From a virus, in the IMG/VR virus record IMGVR_UViG_3300003873_000002, positions 32,001-96,000 of that record: DNA of 64,000 nt; one strand, written 5' to 3'. Under the pieces are notes generated by a model, which saw nothing but the letters and a program-made list of their open reading frames with translations, ran no database searches and was not told where the DNA came from. Of the stretch, positions 60,253 to 64,000 are shown one piece after another. A program made the translations under genes and the position numbers. Every line of letters begins with the position of its first letter. The stretch's first letter is position 1.

Positions 60253-62025
60253 TTAGTAACCCACTGCACTCCATGTAATTGTTGCATCTAATAAATTTGA
60301 TTTAACAGTAAACCCTTCGCCAGTTTTTTCTATTAAAAAAATACTACCTGTTAGGTGTTCACCCATCACAGTTAGTGTAATATTTTTACAACTGTGTGGG
60401 AAAACGATTGGGTAATTGATTATTTTTGTTGCACCACTTTGTATATTAAATGTGCCCCATTGATATATAGTATCAACTACTTCAAAATATCCATTTAATG
60501 CGTTATATGTCGTTATAAGACCATTAATATCATCAGTATTTTTAAGTACCTTTTCGTTTACTACACGAAGTATATTAGCAGATGCAGCAGACGTAGTTGA
60601 TGTTGAATCAACTACATCAATTACTTTAGTGTGTTTAAGTGCTTCTACCATTGCATCATCAGCAGATTTTTGTGCATTATCTGTAAGATTTTTTAAATCG
60701 TGTGCGCCTTTAAGTGAAAATGCTGTTCCCGAATCATTTCTATCCAATGCATCACTAATTGGTAAATGTGTATCAGTAAAAACTGCGTTCTTGGGTACAT
60801 CAGTAAGAACTCTACTATTATCGACTTTAGAATTAAGCATTGATTGTAAGTTATCAATATTACCAATTAGATGGCGGTGGCTGTTATCTTTAACAGAAAT
60901 ATAACCTTTGTTATCGATATCCACATCCAACCCAGATTTTACACCGCCTATGTAATCTGTAGTTGCTACAGGTAAAGTATAAATAGTATCAGTAAACTTC
61001 GCATTTAACGGTACATCAGTAAGAACTCTACTGTTATCGACTTTAGATGCTAAAGCATCTGATAGTGATTCAATTTTATTAAGTGGTATTTTTTTAGCTA
61101 GCTGAATACCACCATCTGCATCTATATTAAATTGCGAACTATTTTTAACACCACCCAAAATATTTCCCGCAACTGGTAATGTATAAACAGTATCAGTAAA
61201 TACAGCATCGACGGGGACATCGGTGTAAACAGTGCATCCATTTACGGTTGAAGAATTTAAACCACTATCATTTGTATCGACAGTCTTGAGTTTAAATAAA
61301 ATATCAGACGCATTATAATCTAATACATTAACTTTTTTATTTAGTGCATCACTAAGTCCGTCTATTGTATTAAATGTATGTCTATGACTATCATTATCAA
61401 TTGTAGTGGTGCCATCTAATGCAACACTTAATCCATTTCCAGTTTTAACTCCACCTAATTTATCACTTGCTGGTGGGAGCACATAAATGGTATCAGTAAA
61501 GACTGCATTGATGGGTACATCAGTAAGAACCCTGTTATTATTGACTTTATTATCTAACGCATTTTGTAAACCAGCTATTGATGATATAGTTAGTGAGTTT
61601 AACATTTCACGGTTCATTTTGATAAAATCAACAATTTCTTGAAGATCATTTAAATTAATATCATTTGAACCAATTAAAAGTTCAATTACATGAATTCTGT
61701 TTTTTAAATTATCGTAAAATGATACCAAATTATTTTCAATAATGTTCTGATATGAATTACTTAAAGAACTTATTGTTTCGTTTAAAAGCTTAATTTCATT
61801 ATTTATAATTTCTATGGACTTGGAATTCGATGCTGTTAAATCGCGCTCACTACTAATTAAACTAATTCGCTGCGACACACTATCAACAATATTGCATAAT
61901 TTGTTAATTGAATCTCGCAATAATATATCGTTGTCAATTACAGTAGCTGATAATTTATTAAGTTCATCTCCTATAACTGGGTGATATTTATCTAGATATG
62001 TTTTAGAAACGCTTGAAAGATTCAT
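60253..62025 (-). CDS. Tail fibre protein
   Basis: Four TDVP.NA.FTDT units, LGGVK repeats, SHRH motifs, YQWG...FP...WSAVGY tip. Confidence 0.85.
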   Translation of the reverse strand: MNLSSVSKTYLDKYHPVIGDELNKLSATVIDNDILLRDSINKLCNIVDSVSQRISLISSERDLTASNSKSIEIINNEIKLLNETISSLSNSYQNIIENNLVSFYDNLKNRIHVIELLIGSNDINLNDLQEIVDFIKMNREMLNSLTISSIAGLQNALDNKVNNNRVLTDVPINAVFTDTIYVLPPASDKLGGVKTGNGLSVALDGTTTIDNDSHRHTFNTIDGLSDALNKKVNVLDYNASDILFKLKTVDTNDSGLNSSTVNGCTVYTDVPVDAVFTDTVYTLPVAGNILGGVKNSSQFNIDADGGIQLAKKIPLNKIESLSDALASKVDNSRVLTDVPLNAKFTDTIYTLPVATTDYIGGVKSGLDVDIDNKGYISVKDNSHRHLIGNIDNLQSMLNSKVDNSRVLTDVPKNAVFTDTHLPISDALDRNDSGTAFSLKGAHDLKNLTDNAQKSADDAMVEALKHTKVIDVVDSTSTTSAASANILRVVNEKVLKNTDDINGLITTYNALNGYFEVVDTIYQWGTFNIQSGATKIINYPIVFPHSCKNITLTVMGEHLTGSIFLIEKTGEGFTVKSNLLDATITWSAVGY

Positions 62026-62474
62026 AATTTCTTCTCTATATTTGCAATTTTAGTATTGACTTCATCTATTTTGCTTATATTATCTTTAATTAATATATCC
62101 ATATTAATATATTTTTTATTCAAATCATCCACTAAAACATTTATTGCACTGACTTTAATATTGATATCATCAATCTGTGCATTATCTTTACTGACTATGC
62201 TGGATACCTTTGTATCGACATAGTTTCTTAATGTCACATCAGTATTTTCTGATATTTCTTTTGCAATTGAGATGCGCTTATTTAAATCTTCATCACGTGT
62301 AATTGAATTATTTTCGTGTGTATATATTAAATCATAAACAGCTGCGTTCAATGCAACGATATTTTCTTGTAACTGTCTAGATGCAGTATTTAGCGTAGAT
62401 CCAGTGAGTGGGGTAAATTTTTCAACTTCATCACCCTCATAGAATTCAAATATTTGTTGATATGGTAGATTCAT
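62022..62474 (-). CDS. Short anchor plus coiled-coil protein
   Basis: LPYQQIFEFYEG anchor. Confidence 0.7.
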   Translation of the reverse strand: MNLPYQQIFEFYEGDEVEKFTPLTGSTLNTASRQLQENIVALNAAVYDLIYTHENNSITRDEDLNKRISIAKEISENTDVTLRNYVDTKVSSIVSKDNAQIDDINIKVSAINVLVDDLNKKYINMDILIKDNISKIDEVNTKIANIEKKL

Positions 62475-62509
62475 TTATTAATTCCTTTGTAGATATTTAA
62501 TCCATAATC

Positions 62510-64000
62510 TTAAGGGGCTGATTGTATTGCTTTTTGCTTTGGTACAAGCACTGATGATGTATTGTTTAAGAATAAGTCATTCCTGCCGTTGAAACCCCAA
62601 ACCCACACTTTGTGCTCACTATCTAATGCTACTACAAATTTTCCATGATCAGCACCAGAACATTTTAAATCAATGATATTTACATCATCTGATAAATGGA
62701 CTCTTGTAAATCTATTTACGGGTTTATTTGACCCTATCCCGAGTAACCCAAAATCATTAAACCCACATGAATACAAATTATTGTTTTCATCCTTAATAAA
62801 CATAGCATTTCTATAGGATTCTGTATAAGAATCATAACCATTCATAAATAATTTAGTAATCTTTTTATTCGTATTAACTAATGTTGGTTCATAAACATTA
62901 TGAGGTAAATTTAACCCTAATTGATAAGATTTATTATAACCCCATGCATATAAATCACCATCAACACCTAGAACAAAAATAGACGCAGGTCCACCACCAA
63001 ATACTGAAATTTCTTTAGCTTCTTTTGGTAGAACAGATTGAATTAAAAATGGCTTAACTATATCAATATCTTGTGTGTGGATATCAATTATATTGTTATT
63101 TTTATCATAGATGTAACCGCTTCCGATTTGTCCCCAGTTATTATTTCCGCATGTTAGATACATTGCGTCTTTATTTTTTAATTTTCTATAACAGAGTAAA
63201 AATGATTGTGAATTATAGTCATAAACAGTATTATCGAAATCAGTTGGGTCATCTTTATATTCATATGATCCATCAAGATAACCATTTGAACTATAACCGT
63301 TTACACCATAGAACTCAATTTCCTCATCATTATTTACATGCCCACCCCAAGCTGCAGTAACCAATTCAAATTGATATCGATCAATTTTATCACCTGTACC
63401 TAAATTCCCATTGTGATTATAACCAGCAGCATAAATTTGACCACCTTTTAAAAGCACTATTGTACTTGCATATCTATTTCCAATTGGCCAAATTTTTTCT
63501 ATTGTATTTTCAACGAAGAATGATACAACAGTAAAGACATTAACATGTCTTGTGCCAACTTCTAGAATATCACCAATTCCCATATTACCATATTCATTGA
63601 ATCCACTTGCGTACGCAAGACCATCTTTTTTAATAATCCACGTTGAACTATAATTAATATGTATCCCTGGTGAAATTGGTCTATAGAATGTAACAACATC
63701 AGTTTCAACAAGTTCGGGCACCATAATGGGGTCGTTATGTCCTGCACCACAAGCACCTGTTTTATTATGACCCCATGCCCAAAGATTTCCTGAATCAAAT
63801 AATACAAAACTTTCAGCACCCGACATATCAGATTTTACGTATTTTCCTGTTTCGCCAGGGAACGCTAATCGAAATGAGTTCTGCGCATCATATGTTCCAT
63901 CACCCTTAGGATTATTCTTGACTGTACCACCAAAAACCCACATTTCATCAAGAACTGTTCTAACCATAGAATTACTAAATGACGATCTACTACAAATTTC
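62510..64000 (-). CDS. RCC1-repeat beta-propeller protein, 5' end outside the window
   Basis: Repeated G.L..WG.N..G.LG.G units; frame is open to the window edge. Confidence 0.85.
   Translation of the reverse strand, partial: EICSRSSFSNSMVRTVLDEMWVFGGTVKNNPKGDGTYDAQNSFRLAFPGETGKYVKSDMSGAESFVLFDSGNLWAWGHNKTGACGAGHNDPIMVPELVETDVVTFYRPISPGIHINYSSTWIIKKDGLAYASGFNEYGNMGIGDILEVGTRHVNVFTVVSFFVENTIEKIWPIGNRYASTIVLLKGGQIYAAGYNHNGNLGTGDKIDRYQFELVTAAWGGHVNNDEEIEFYGVNGYSSNGYLDGSYEYKDDPTDFDNTVYDYNSQSFLLCYRKLKNKDAMYLTCGNNNWGQIGSGYIYDKNNNIIDIHTQDIDIVKPFLIQSVLPKEAKEISVFGGGPASIFVLGVDGDLYAWGYNKSYQLGLNLPHNVYEPTLVNTNKKITKLFMNGYDSYTESYRNAMFIKDENNNLYSCGFNDFGLLGIGSNKPVNRFTRVHLSDDVNIIDLKCSGADHGKFVVALDSEHKVWVWGFNGRNDLFLNNTSSVLVPKQKAIQSAP

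Noticed and set aside
1-64000. Stop-codon reassignment, tRNAs, introns/inteins, integrase or invertase
   Set aside because: Standard-code ORFs tile the window densely, and no cloverleaf, splicing or recombinase motifs were seen by eye (tRNAscan not run)

Overview
AT-rich segment of a large myovirus (jumbo-like, distantly T4-related) infecting a Gram-negative host, as judged from its two-component spanins. The + strand (1-23278) carries a morphogenesis block: major capsid (5' end outside the window), putative internal head proteins, neck/tail completion, sheath, tube, chaperone, tape measure and baseplate. A ~1.8 kb non-coding junction (23279-25065) between the two convergent blocks holds ten IHF-consensus-like repeats and other direct/inverted repeats. 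The - strand (25066-64000) carries a holin/spanin cassette and then ~37 kb dominated by about a dozen fibre/whisker-like genes; eight share an N-terminal anchor motif and five are paired with their own assembly chaperone. Among them sit non-structural genes: a U32-family Fe-S protein fused to a methyltransferase-like domain, a membrane transporter, an exported nuclease, an HD-kinase, a 2OG-Fe(II) hydroxylase, a cupin and DUF1353. Other signals are a likely +1 frameshift (TTT CCC TAG) in the tail chaperone, a candidate late promoter (ATTAAATA), and pervasive short tandem duplications with ~10-bp units between genes and 9/12-bp units within genes. All calls come from reading motifs by eye; no searches were run.
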